Assembly: GCA_043823005.1 (NCBI GenBank)
Contig: JBDRBG010000030.1
Span: forward strand, 1 to 56,457
DNA length: 56,457 bases
Reading direction: 5' to 3'
DNA from: Candidatus Omnitrophota bacterium
GTDB taxonomy: Bacteria > Omnitrophota > Gorgyraeia > Tantalellales > Tantalellaceae
Notes under the pieces: generated by a model
Seen by the model: the letters and a program-made list of their open reading frames with translations, nothing else
Database searches by the model: none
Told to the model about the DNA's origin: nothing
Shown here: positions 43,581-52,935 of the stretch, piece after piece
How the letters are laid out: every line of letters begins with the position of its first letter
Position numbering within the stretch: the stretch's first letter is position 1
Program-made: the position numbers and the translations under genes

Positions 43581-44676
43581 GAGTAAACGTAAATACATTA
43601 AGACCAGATACCAGGGCGTTCGAAGGTATGTAGGAGATGACTGCCTGTTTGAGATATATTACAGGCCGTACCGTGGCGCTAAGCCGAAATATGTGACCAT
43701 AACGGCAAGCTCCGCCGAAGAAGCAAGGAAAGAGCGTGTGCGTCTGCAAAATGAAGATATGAACCTTACAGGTATCAGCCGGAGAGGGGAGCCTATGAAT
43801 TTTGAGGGGTACAAAAGCCTGTTGATAGAAAAATGTAAAACTGAGGATGTCGATAAAACTATCAGGAATTATCTTGCAGTTTTCACAAGGTTTTATACAT
43901 GGCTTTCAGGGGCTCCGGCGAATATTGAAGATCTGAGCAGGATCAATTCTGTAGTTATGGAGCTTTATCACCTATATGTTGTAAATGAGCTGAAGCTGGA
44001 CTGGCGAAATGAGCTGACCAAAATACGCGCGATAATCAAAAAGTTTGTGGATATCGGTAAACGTGACGAGAAAGTTTATACGGATGTTCTGAGGAAGATC
44101 AAGAAACCACCCAGAAAAGAAAAGGCATATGTGGATATATCTCCTGAGGATAAGAAGATCTTCCTGGAATATACCAGGGAAAAGAGGCCTGACTATTACG
44201 GGATATTATACCTTAATATGCGTTTTGGCTGGCGGAGAGAGCAGGTTATTTTACTCAGGAAATCCGACGTTAGCATTGAGCTGGGTAGACCCGTTGCGAT
44301 AACATTCAGGCCGGAAACCACTAAAACGAAGGTCCCGTATGTTTTTAGGGATATTGATGAGCAGCTTGCCGCGGTGTTGAATGAGTACCGGCTTAAAGCT
44401 CTAGGGTCTGAGTATCTTTTCCCGAATAAGTCAGGTGGTAAACATCATTCCAACCATTACACCTCCTGGGTGACAAAGAACAGCTTAAAAGTCCTGGGGA
44501 AGAAGATCCGGCCGCACGACTTCAGGCATGCTTTTTGTACAAAGATGCTGCAGAAGGGTTATTCTAAAAAAGATATTATGGCTGTTACCGGGCATAGGAG
44601 CGAGGGATGTTTCGATATGTATGTTCACGCGACAAGCGAGGGTACCAGGCGGGTTATAGAAAGTTCGGCTCTTTGA
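43573..44676 (+). CDS. int: Tyrosine recombinase / phage-type integrase
   Basis: C-terminal catalytic signature R...HDFRHAFCT...GH...Y (IRPHDFRHAFCTKMLQKG, VTGHRSEGCFDMYVH). It lies adjacent to the tRNA 3' end. Confidence 0.9.
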   Translation: MPKSKRKYIKTRYQGVRRYVGDDCLFEIYYRPYRGAKPKYVTITASSAEEARKERVRLQNEDMNLTGISRRGEPMNFEGYKSLLIEKCKTEDVDKTIRNYLAVFTRFYTWLSGAPANIEDLSRINSVVMELYHLYVVNELKLDWRNELTKIRAIIKKFVDIGKRDEKVYTDVLRKIKKPPRKEKAYVDISPEDKKIFLEYTREKRPDYYGILYLNMRFGWRREQVILLRKSDVSIELGRPVAITFRPETTKTKVPYVFRDIDEQLAAVLNEYRLKALGSEYLFPNKSGGKHHSNHYTSWVTKNSLKVLGKKIRPHDFRHAFCTKMLQKGYSKKDIMAVTGHRSEGCFDMYVHATSEGTRRVIESSAL

Positions 44677-44686
44677 TCAAAAATCA

Positions 44687-44713
44687 GTTACCGATGGGAA
44701 AACTGATGGGAAA
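44687..44713 (+). repeat. 27-nt island-internal direct repeat, right copy
   Basis: See 32628-32654. It lies 38 nt inside attR. Confidence 0.7.
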
Positions 44714-44716
44714 AAC

Positions 44717-44747
44717 AAAAAACCCAGTTCATTGAACTGGGTTTTTA
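44717..44747. terminator. Bidirectional rho-independent terminator
   Basis: AAAAAACCCAGTTC-ATT-GAACTGGGTTTTTA. The 8-bp GC-containing stem is flanked by an A-run and a T-run. It could stop int (+) and the tRNA transcript (-). Confidence 0.7.
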
Positions 44748-44751
44748 TATT

Positions 44752-44829
<78 letters not shown>

Positions 44830-44858
44830 GCCGTAAAAGTTAAATAATATATGATAGA

Positions 44859-44887
44859 ATATTAACACAACCCTTTTTTTTTGTCAA
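44859..44887 (-). promoter_or_regulatory. Candidate sigma70 promoter for tRNA-Glu
   Basis: On the minus strand: TTGACA (44887-44882), a 17-nt spacer, then TAATAT (44864-44859). It lies about 30 nt upstream of the mature tRNA 5' end. Confidence 0.5.
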
Positions 44888-44967
44888 CAAGTCGACTTTA
44901 GTCCGAATTGACTCACATTAAATGTTACCGAAGCAACAAAAAATTTGAATCGTCAAGTCAACTTTAA

Positions 44968-46023
44968 TCATACGCTGAATTTTATTGAGAGAATATCGCC
45001 GTCTTTGACTATATAGTCTTTACCTTCAAGCCGAAAAAGCCCGGCATTTTTAACTTCTCGTTCATTGCCTTTTCTTTTTATGTTTTCAAAGGAAAAAACC
45101 TCCGCGCGAATAAATCCCCGTTCAAGGTCCGAATGTATTTTACCCGCGGCTATAGGAGCGGGCGTGTCCTCGGGTATTGTCCATGCGCGAACTTCGTCTT
45201 TGCCTACGGTAAAAAAGGAGATAAGGCCTAGAGTCTGGTAAGCTTTAAATATGAATGAATTTAATGAAAGTTCTGCTATGCCCAGATCCTCCATAAAATC
45301 TTTTCGATCGTTTTCGTCAAGCCGCTGAAGTTCCATTTCAATGTTAGCGCACATAGCCATAGAGTTTGGAACTTTAGATACAAGATGCAGGGTCGTTTCA
45401 GAGCGCAATGAATCATCAGAGACATTTAGCAAACAAAGATAAGGTTTAAGTGTTAAGAATTGAAAAGAGCGGATGGCCTTTTCTTCCTGTTTTGTAAGCC
45501 CTGTTTCTGAAGCCGGTTTTTCATTCTCGAAAGTTTTCATTATTTTTAAAAGCACTAAAAGTTCCAGCTTCTCTTCATCTGTAACAACTCCTTTGTTTGC
45601 GGCTTTTTGGAGACGCTCTATGCGTTTTTCCGCAATAGACATGTCAGCTACGATTAATCCGATTTTTATTCTGTCAAAATCTTTTAAAGGGTCGATGTTT
45701 CCCAGAGGATGTAAAACATTGGGGTTTTCAAAAGCGCGTATTACAAAAACAAAAGCATCTGCTTCACGGCTGGCAGCTATTATTTTCGGGTCAGAAGAAT
45801 CATTGATACTGCCCGGGATGTCTACAAATTCTATATCAGCGTAAATTGTTTTTTTTGGTTTATAAAGGGTTGAAAGCCAATCAACTCTTTCGTCGGGCAC
45901 CTTGATCATTGCTATATTAGCCTCTATTTTTCCGAAAGTTCCGACTTGTTTATCTGCTCCGGTCAATGCGTTAAAGACCGTGGTTTTGCCGGATTGTTCC
46001 AGTCCAAGTATTCCTAATTTCAT
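44968..46023 (-). CDS. ychF: Ribosome-binding ATPase YchF (Obg-like GTPase family)
   Basis: G1 motif GILGLEQSGKTTVFNALTG, DIPGS, and the C-terminal TGS-like segment IHSDLERGFIRAEV ... EGKDYIVKDGDIL. Confidence 0.9.
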   Translation of the reverse strand: MKLGILGLEQSGKTTVFNALTGADKQVGTFGKIEANIAMIKVPDERVDWLSTLYKPKKTIYADIEFVDIPGSINDSSDPKIIAASREADAFVFVIRAFENPNVLHPLGNIDPLKDFDRIKIGLIVADMSIAEKRIERLQKAANKGVVTDEEKLELLVLLKIMKTFENEKPASETGLTKQEEKAIRSFQFLTLKPYLCLLNVSDDSLRSETTLHLVSKVPNSMAMCANIEMELQRLDENDRKDFMEDLGIAELSLNSFIFKAYQTLGLISFFTVGKDEVRAWTIPEDTPAPIAAGKIHSDLERGFIRAEVFSFENIKRKGNEREVKNAGLFRLEGKDYIVKDGDILSIKFSV

Positions 46024-46449
46024 TACAAGTACCTTTCTCTTTTATTTGGTTAGATTTTTGGCCCGGTTAGATTTTCCCAAGTTGAGATAATATAGCATAT
46101 CATGGAGTTTATTACAAATTTTATTACGTTAAATAAGAGAAGAAGGCGGCCTAAAACAACAATCTAAAGACCCTAAAAAATTAGCATTTCCGTTGTTGGT
46201 GGGGAGCGCATTATGCATAAACTTACCATTCCTAAGGATAAAGTGGAGGGCGATGCCTGAAATCTGATTTATTTTAGCAATAAGAGTCAAATTCCGCTTT
46301 TGTTAGTGTTTAAAAAAGTTTGACAGCTTGGCTTGATTTTTTTCTTTTTTTGATACATAATTATATGTTATTTATTATATATGCGAAGAGTTTTTATTAT
46401 ATAGAAATTAATAATAAAAACTAAAGCACAGAGTGTATTTGAATTGATG

Positions 46450-46473
46450 TTAAAAATTTATTTATGCGGGGTA
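46450..46473 (+). promoter_or_regulatory. Conserved upstream motif, copy 2
   Basis: TTAAAAATTTATTTATGCGGGGTA, 8 nt upstream of the ATG at 46481. See 16930-16952. Confidence 0.35.
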
Positions 46474-46480
46474 AGCGTTA

Positions 46481-49400
46481 ATGCGGAAAAATATAGAAAT
46501 CATGTTTTTTATAAAACAAACATACAAACAAATAAAAAAGAGAATTCGTAGAATCCTTGTTTTTATTTTTATAGGGATTCTTGCAATGGCAGGCGTGCCT
46601 TTGCCTGTTGCTCATTCTGGTGGGTATGAGCCGCTTGGAGTTTATCAGGATCTTTTTTTTGAGGTTCAGGATAATCTTTTTACCTTACCGGAATCTTTAG
46701 GATATGTGCAGGATGTTTTTCTGGGAACAAAAGACAGGTTTGTGATACATATTCAGGATGCGCATAGTAATTATTATGCGCAAAAAACCATAACTGAGAT
46801 TATCCGGTATTTTAAGGAAAAATACGGAGTCAGTTTGATTTGTCTGGAAGGAGGAAGCGGAGAATATGACCTGGAGCCTTTTGAAAATATACAGGATGAT
46901 GCGATACGATCTATTGCGGCGGATTTTTTTCTGAACCAGGGCAGATTAAACGCCGCTGAATTCATGAAAATAAAAGAGCCCAAAGGCTTTGTTCTGGCAG
47001 GCATTGAGGACGCGGCACTTTATAAAGAGAACTTAAATATTTATAAAGAAAATATAAAACACAAACATAGTGTCAATTCTTTTCTGGAGAACACATCCCG
47101 CGTTATGACAAGTCTTAAAAAGCAGATTTATTCAAGCAATCTTGTGGAGATGGACAAACAATATATGATGTATAAAAATGGAGAGATATCCTTTAAAACA
47201 TATCTTTCTTATCTGATAGAACAAGCCGGATTCAAGGGGCTAAACATCAAAAATCTTTCTAATCTATATTTAATTCAGCAAATATTTGACGTGGAAAACC
47301 AAATTGATTTTAAAAAAGCAAATAAAGAAAGAGACGCGTTTATAGAAAGACTCAGACAAAATCTGGCACGCAATAAAATACAGGAACTTGTTCAAAAAAT
47401 AACGGAGTATAAAACGGGCATAATAAAGCAGGGAAAATTTTATGATTATCTTCTTGAAACCGGAGAAAAATCAGGAATTGCTATTTCAAAATATCCGATT
47501 TTTCAAAAATATATCATATATGTATCGTTATATTCCGCGATAGATAAGTCTCGAGTTTTCAAGGAATTGAACCAGTTAGAGGATCTTATCCGGGAAGAGC
47601 TCTGTTCCGGTGAGATTCAACGAAAACTTATGGTTTTCAGTAAAAGGTTTACTTTAATTGAAAAGGCCTTTGATTTTACTCTGACAAAAGATGATTACGA
47701 TCATCTTTTGTTACAATGTTTCGATAGTTTTCCGATAACTGAAATGACATCTTTTTTAGCAAAACAAGCTTCTTTTTATGGTACAAGAAGCGGCTTGCCG
47801 AAAAATAGCTTTGAGCTGGATGAGAGACTAAAACAAATAAGCGGGTTTTATGTCTGTTCTTTCAGGCGAGATGAAATTTTTACGCGCAATACCCTCGAGC
47901 AAATAAAAACAACGGGATTTAATGACGCAATACTTATTACCGGCGGATTTCATTCTGAAAACCTTACGCGTTTGATGAGAGAAAAAGATGTTTCTTACAT
48001 TTCTATAATGCCGCAGTTTAAAAATGCGGCCGGATATACATGCCCTTATTTTGATCTTCTTAGCGGCAGAGATTCATTTATGGAAAAATTTATATTGGAT
48101 ACAGTTGCTTCTTCCGGCCTTCAGATCGCCAGCATATGGAACCGGCTGGGGATGGAACTCGCGGGAGAAAAAGAAAAAAATCTGGCGATGATACAGCTTG
48201 AAATAGTTAAAACTCTTGAAACGGAACCGGAAGCTTTTCTTGCGATAAAAGGATCGGAAATTGCCATAAGTTTTCATAAGGACCCGGCCGGAAATATTGA
48301 TTATAAGCTGGTACGGGCACAAGAAGATAAAATAGCCGATGTTTTGATAACAAACGCTGATGATCTTAGCTATGACGATCATGAGAAAATAATAGATGAA
48401 CAGATCGTTATGGCAAGAGATAGAGGAGATGTTAACTTGTTTGATCCGGAAAAAGAAATTGGACAAAAAATGGTTTCTTTTCTTAAGGCAGTAGAGGAAA
48501 GGGGCGGTTTTAGCGGGATAGCTGAAGCTGTTGAAAACAAAAAAATAAATATTTATGAAGTGAAAGGGGCGAAAGGTTTCAGAGGACATGCCAGCTGGCG
48601 GGGTATCTACATAAACGCGGAGATCCCTGCTAAAGAACAGACTGCTGTTCTTGTTCATGAAATCGGTGCTTATTATAGACAAACGCATAAACAAAATATA
48701 GAACTTGAAAAACTGTATAAGAAGTACGATCTATCTGAGGCTGTTCTCGAAACTGCTGACATTACAAAGTTTGGCGCATTGAAAGAACAGAACGAATTAA
48801 AAGGACCGGGATATGTTCCCGGACGGGATTATGCTAACGCTGATATAGAATATGGGGAGCGAAACTTAAATGTAGATTTTTTGTCCAAGAGAGAAGCAGA
48901 AGGCACTGGCAAAAAATGGCTAAATGTGATTTCTTCTCAATCGGGAAAAATAGGGAACAAGATGATCCGTATTATTCAAAAGAGAAGCCGGAATATACCC
49001 TTTTTTAATGCGGAAGCATTTGGGGCATTTATCGAGAGCTGGGATATCCTGACCATAGAGGATAATTTTTATACTGCCGGGTTTGTTGACGCTGAGCAAG
49101 ACGAGTACGGAAGGAGAAAACTTTATTTGACAGAGACTCTGCATAATGCGTTAACCCTGGTTCCCGAGGCCGTTCCTTTTATTATTCTTAGTGAAGTTTC
49201 TCGTTCAGAAAGAGAGAACAAGCATACTCAAGCCATTCTTAAACAACTGATAAGCGGTACGGACATAACAAGCCCCGGTATTTTTATGCGCGGATTATCA
49301 GGGATAAAAAAACAGGCCATAAAACAAGCTTTTGAACAAACAGGCGCGGATTTAACCAAATTGATCAATCTGGCAGAGAAGATAGGCAAAGAAAAGTTTT

Positions 49401-49906
49401 CAGAACAGGAAAAAAAGCTTATCCGGATTAACCAAAATAACCTTAGGGTAGGTGATGAGCCCGCCAGTGCTGTGATATTAGGATATGGACTTATTAATCA
49501 GCTTTTTGCCGGATATGATGATATCGGATTGATGAATGTAATGCGGAATATGGACGGTTCACATCAATCTAAAACGGAAATTGCGGAAGCTATGTTAAAA
49601 ATAAAACCGCGTTTATGGGTATGTTTTGCCGATGTTATGGCAGGCCGCGCCAGAGAAAAATCTATGGGAAGTAAGATCATGGATATTCTTTCTCCTGAGG
49701 CTACTGATATGGCAGTAAATTTTGCCAGAGAACGCGGCATTTTTGCTTATGGTTTTGAAAAAGATGAGCATGCTTTTGTGTTTCCTGATTATTACATAGC
49801 GGATGATATTAAACAGTTTTTTCTGGACATGGCAGAAGAAATGGAAAAAGGGTCAGCGTATGAACTGTATGCGCTGGGAAAAGGATCAAAAGAAAATGCC
49901 GGATGA
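46481..49906 (+). CDS. 1141-aa protein of unknown function with an N-terminal signal/anchor
   Basis: Hydrophobic ILVFIFIGILAMAGVPLPVAHS. The N-terminal ~520 aa carry VIHIQDAHSNYYAQ...SLICLEGG and AILITGGFHSENL. These weakly recall the paired GxxH/E motifs of the TIKI/TraB/ChaN/erythromycin-esterase superfamily, which I have not verified. The rest has no motif I recognise. Confidence 0.6.
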   Translation: MRKNIEIMFFIKQTYKQIKKRIRRILVFIFIGILAMAGVPLPVAHSGGYEPLGVYQDLFFEVQDNLFTLPESLGYVQDVFLGTKDRFVIHIQDAHSNYYAQKTITEIIRYFKEKYGVSLICLEGGSGEYDLEPFENIQDDAIRSIAADFFLNQGRLNAAEFMKIKEPKGFVLAGIEDAALYKENLNIYKENIKHKHSVNSFLENTSRVMTSLKKQIYSSNLVEMDKQYMMYKNGEISFKTYLSYLIEQAGFKGLNIKNLSNLYLIQQIFDVENQIDFKKANKERDAFIERLRQNLARNKIQELVQKITEYKTGIIKQGKFYDYLLETGEKSGIAISKYPIFQKYIIYVSLYSAIDKSRVFKELNQLEDLIREELCSGEIQRKLMVFSKRFTLIEKAFDFTLTKDDYDHLLLQCFDSFPITEMTSFLAKQASFYGTRSGLPKNSFELDERLKQISGFYVCSFRRDEIFTRNTLEQIKTTGFNDAILITGGFHSENLTRLMREKDVSYISIMPQFKNAAGYTCPYFDLLSGRDSFMEKFILDTVASSGLQIASIWNRLGMELAGEKEKNLAMIQLEIVKTLETEPEAFLAIKGSEIAISFHKDPAGNIDYKLVRAQEDKIADVLITNADDLSYDDHEKIIDEQIVMARDRGDVNLFDPEKEIGQKMVSFLKAVEERGGFSGIAEAVENKKINIYEVKGAKGFRGHASWRGIYINAEIPAKEQTAVLVHEIGAYYRQTHKQNIELEKLYKKYDLSEAVLETADITKFGALKEQNELKGPGYVPGRDYANADIEYGERNLNVDFLSKREAEGTGKKWLNVISSQSGKIGNKMIRIIQKRSRNIPFFNAEAFGAFIESWDILTIEDNFYTAGFVDAEQDEYGRRKLYLTETLHNALTLVPEAVPFIILSEVSRSERENKHTQAILKQLISGTDITSPGIFMRGLSGIKKQAIKQAFEQTGADLTKLINLAEKIGKEKFSEQEKKLIRINQNNLRVGDEPASAVILGYGLINQLFAGYDDIGLMNVMRNMDGSHQSKTEIAEAMLKIKPRLWVCFADVMAGRAREKSMGSKIMDILSPEATDMAVNFARERGIFAYGFEKDEHAFVFPDYYIADDIKQFFLDMAEEMEKGSAYELYALGKGSKENAG

Positions 49907-52193
49907 AATATCGGATGAAATTCGAAAAGAATCGGATTCAGGGTTGAAGTTTGCGGCAGAACAAAAACATATTTTGATTCCCGTGAAATACACAGGAAGC
50001 CTGAGAGCAGTTCTTGAAAAATATAGTCCGATAAAAAAAGATATAAGCCCCTTTTTCTTGCCTGCCGGAGGGGTAAGGCAGATAAAGGATATACCTGTCG
50101 GATTCGCGTATATGCTAAGAGAAGCGGAGAAAAGAGCCGGCCAGAAATGGAGAGAAAGAGAAATAAGATGGATATCAGAAAATGATCCCGCTAAAGAGCA
50201 AAAGATATGGGGAGGTTTTACTGATAAGCAGAAAAGAATAATCAAACAATCTGCATGGGAAAAGCTTAGCATCGAGGAACAGTGTGACTATGTTACCGCG
50301 GATAATATTTCTGAGGGAAAAGCTTTTTTGCTCGGAATGCCGGGACTGAATAAAAATATAGTTATGCTGGAAGAGATAAGTCCTGATAAGGTTTCAGTTG
50401 TAGCAAGTCCGGTCAGAGTAAATGTTCTTAAATATGAAGGTTCGTTTGAAGAAACGCAAACACAAAATAGCAATAAAATTCGAGCAAACATAGAGCGGTT
50501 TTTCAAGAGAAGCTTAAAGGGAAAAAGGAAAATATATACACAGGAGATACGCGATGATTATACAGTTTATAATTTTTATATATTTGAGGATCTTTTAAAA
50601 GAGATATTTTCTCTTATTCCGGAAGAAATAAAGATCCTTTCCCCGGAACAAAGGGTCTTTATGATCCGCGGGCCGCCTACTGATTTTTATATAGTAATTG
50701 TAAATGAGGATGCTACGGTAAAAATATTGAATATTGACAGTATGTTTCATGCTGAAAATTTGCCGCAGGAGTTAAGGGAAAAAGTAAGGACAGAGTTGAA
50801 GGAAGGGCTGGGAGGGCGGGATACGGATTATATTGTATTTAACATGAAAGACAAAAGCAAACTAAAGAAATTAATCAAACTTGATCCTACGGAAAATGAA
50901 CTAAGCAAAATTTTACGCGAAAAAGGAGCAAGGGTATTTCCTTTTAAAGCAGGCAATTCATATGCCGCGCATGATATTGTTGATAACTATATTCTTGCGG
51001 CCAGCATAGAAATATACAAAGCTTTTCTGGATGAGGCCAAAAAATCAAGCGGCATAGATGCTGAAGGTATAAAAAGAGCAGTTAGAACAGCAGGAGAAAA
51101 GATCAACAGTGCTATAGATGAACAAAAATTCAAAAAAGTAACTGTTTCCCGGGAAAACCCGAATGGTAAAGAACCGATCGCTGTTATGCTGCAGGCGCAT
51201 GTTGTCAGTCAAAAAATTGATAATATAAGAGACGCGGAAAACAAAGCTGCGCAAAGTATAAGATCTCTTGAAGCTATGAGCTCGGTGCGAAGTTCGCTGG
51301 TAATATTGGCTGACGGAGAGATAGTAGGAGATTACGCGGGTTGTGTCAGGACATATATTCCGGAAAACGGAGAGCAATATAAAAAGGCGTATTCTGCGAT
51401 GGAGGGATATGCGAGGTTAGCCAGCGAAACAGAACTAGAAATAAAGAACGGTTTATTTAAAGAAGAAGCCCTGAAATTAAGATCCGAATTAAAAAATAAA
51501 AAAGCTCAAAAAAAGGTTGAGGAAATATACTCGTTGTCAGGCGGGGTAATAAGTAATCTTGCTAACGCGCAATCTCCGCTTGTTGTAGCGCTTCCGTGTT
51601 CGTTTACAGCGCTTGACGATAAGGCTTATATAGCGCAAAAAGTACGGCGCCAATTAGAGGAGAAATACGGTACCAAAAATATACATGTTATTTCCTATGA
51701 AAACAAAGATGATCTGGCAAAGAAAAAAAGTCAGATACAAAATATCCTGAATCTTAATGAAAAAGCGGCCGCGGTTATTTTTTGTGATTCAAGATCCGGG
51801 ATTCATCCTGAAGGTAATATGCAAAAGGATATATTTAAAGATTTGTGTGCGCCTGATACGGGCGAAGCCAAGGTCTATTATGTAAACGAAGATTATAAAG
51901 AGAGCCGGAGTGTGGAGCCTTTGATAGGTCCGCATGTGGCCCTTGCTATGGGAATAAAACAGGTAAAAGCAGGGCAAGGAAATCCGGAACTGATTGCCGC
52001 TATGTCAAGATTGATCGTGGAGCTTAGCGGGAATGACAGTAATATAATAGATAAGTTAAGTACGGTTCAGGGGTTTAACGATTTTCTTAAAGCTCTGCTT
52101 AACGGACAAATGCTTCTTCCGATTCAAAGAATAGACCTGGACGAGATAAGGGATAGGATAAGAGCCGAGGAAAAAGCTCTTATATCGTTATAA
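49896..52193 (+). CDS. 765-aa protein of unknown function, translationally coupled to the previous gene
   Basis: The in-frame ATG at 49896 is preceded by AAGGA and overlaps the upstream TGA (ATGCCGGATGA). The ORF-track start at 49803 would create a 104-nt overlap. The last ~200 aa resemble the C-termini of both island enzymes. Confidence 0.6.
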   Translation: MPDEISDEIRKESDSGLKFAAEQKHILIPVKYTGSLRAVLEKYSPIKKDISPFFLPAGGVRQIKDIPVGFAYMLREAEKRAGQKWREREIRWISENDPAKEQKIWGGFTDKQKRIIKQSAWEKLSIEEQCDYVTADNISEGKAFLLGMPGLNKNIVMLEEISPDKVSVVASPVRVNVLKYEGSFEETQTQNSNKIRANIERFFKRSLKGKRKIYTQEIRDDYTVYNFYIFEDLLKEIFSLIPEEIKILSPEQRVFMIRGPPTDFYIVIVNEDATVKILNIDSMFHAENLPQELREKVRTELKEGLGGRDTDYIVFNMKDKSKLKKLIKLDPTENELSKILREKGARVFPFKAGNSYAAHDIVDNYILAASIEIYKAFLDEAKKSSGIDAEGIKRAVRTAGEKINSAIDEQKFKKVTVSRENPNGKEPIAVMLQAHVVSQKIDNIRDAENKAAQSIRSLEAMSSVRSSLVILADGEIVGDYAGCVRTYIPENGEQYKKAYSAMEGYARLASETELEIKNGLFKEEALKLRSELKNKKAQKKVEEIYSLSGGVISNLANAQSPLVVALPCSFTALDDKAYIAQKVRRQLEEKYGTKNIHVISYENKDDLAKKKSQIQNILNLNEKAAAVIFCDSRSGIHPEGNMQKDIFKDLCAPDTGEAKVYYVNEDYKESRSVEPLIGPHVALAMGIKQVKAGQGNPELIAAMSRLIVELSGNDSNIIDKLSTVQGFNDFLKALLNGQMLLPIQRIDLDEIRDRIRAEEKALISL

Positions 52194-52298
52194 TCACTAT
52201 ACCACAATATACCCTTTCCTGAAAATTGACCTATAATTATTGCTATTATTATTAATTATTTATAGTTAAGAGTTTGTTGGCTGTTTCAATTGTTATTC

Positions 52299-52390
52299 GG
52301 TTGACAGTTGACGGTTAGTTAGTTGATGGTTAAGGGGAAAGGTTCTTGATGGGGAAACAGTCAACGAACCAACGATCAACCGTCAACAAA
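52299..52390. repeat. GT-rich / AC-rich inverted low-complexity pair
   Basis: GGTTGACAGTTGACGGTTAGTTAGTTGATGGTT (52299-52332) faces AACAGTCAACGAACCAACGATCAACCGTCAAC (52357-52390). Similar GTTGAC(A/G)GTT tracts occur at 9598-9630, 18690-18710 and, reversed, 23047-23061. Confidence 0.6.
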
Positions 52391-52410
52391 CGGGTGATTT
52401 GATAGTGAAT

Positions 52411-52431
52411 AAAAAGTGTCAACTTTTTCAG
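52411..52431 (+). repeat. Family F repeat AAAAAGTGTCAACTTTTTCAG, left copy
   Basis: Identical 21-mer at 52718-52738. Related copies lie at 15072-15090 (AAAAAGTGTTAACTTTTTT) and 9775-9790 (partial). AAAAAG/CTTTTT can pair around TGTCAA. Confidence 0.8.
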
Positions 52432-52506
52432 GACGATACATTGTCCTGGAAAATAGCGGATAGCGTATAGAAAAAACTAAACGCTAAATGCTGAAAAAAG
52501 CTTGGA

Positions 52507-52623
52507 GGGGAAATGCAAAGTATTTTGCCGGAATGGCAAGCATTCCGTGCTCAAACAGTTTGCCTTCACTTGGTTCAGGCAAAAACTGCGCTCAGAACGC
52601 TCGCCTTTCCGGCAAAATAGTGG
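52507..52623. repeat. 117-nt structured repeat, copy 2
   Basis: 110/117 identical to 9668-9784 by hand alignment. The outer stem retains 17 of 19 pairs, including one compensatory T-A to C-G change. Confidence 0.8.
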
Positions 52624-52661
52624 TTGGTTGTTGAATAGGGAAAAGAGAAAACATCCCATCT

Positions 52662-52702
52662 GTCTTTGCGAGGAGGAACGAAGTGACGACGCGGCAATCT
52701 CG
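52662..52702 (+). repeat. Family A unit (forward)
   Basis: GTCTTTGCGAGGAGGAACGAAGTGACGACGCGGCAATCTCG followed by GATAAAAATAG. Confidence 0.85.
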
Positions 52703-52717
52703 GATAAAAATAGCTAA

Positions 52718-52738
52718 AAAAAGTGTCAACTTTTTCAG
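52718..52738 (+). repeat. Family F repeat, right copy
   Basis: AAAAAGTGTCAACTTTTTCAG. Similarity to the left copy continues for about 11 more nt (GACGATACATT versus AACGAGACAAT). Confidence 0.8.
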
Positions 52739-52828
52739 AACGAGACAATCAAACCATGAAATATGACCAGCTAAGTGCTCCTTATATTATTAATTTGATA
52801 ATACCTATAAGATTTATAAAACAAACGA

Positions 52829-52857
52829 TTGACAATTTTTTTAATATTTGTTATATT
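52829..52857 (+). promoter_or_regulatory. Candidate sigma70 promoter upstream of the ROK gene
   Basis: TTGACA (52829-52834), a 17-nt spacer, then TATATT (52852-52857). The context is AT-rich, so a chance match is possible. Confidence 0.45.
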
Positions 52858-52935
52858 AAATTTAATTAAAAAGTTAGTTCAGGTCAAAAAAAATTAAAAA
52901 CTAAGTTTTTGTATTTTTCGCTAAGGAGTAGCAAG

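Noticed and set aside
48074-48694. 206-aa minus-strand ORF inside the 1141-aa gene, plus similar antisense ORFs in the island genes (for example 41943..42380, 37453..37854)
   Set aside because: These are shadow ORFs in AT-rich coding DNA. The sense frames are uninterrupted for 3-5 kb and, for the island genes, carry catalytic motifs.
49803-49895. N-terminal 31-codon extension of the 796-aa ORF (start at 49803), implying a 104-nt overlap or a programmed frameshift
   Set aside because: The in-frame ATG at 49896, with AAGGA upstream and an ATG/TGA overlap, is the more common arrangement. No slippery heptamer was seen.
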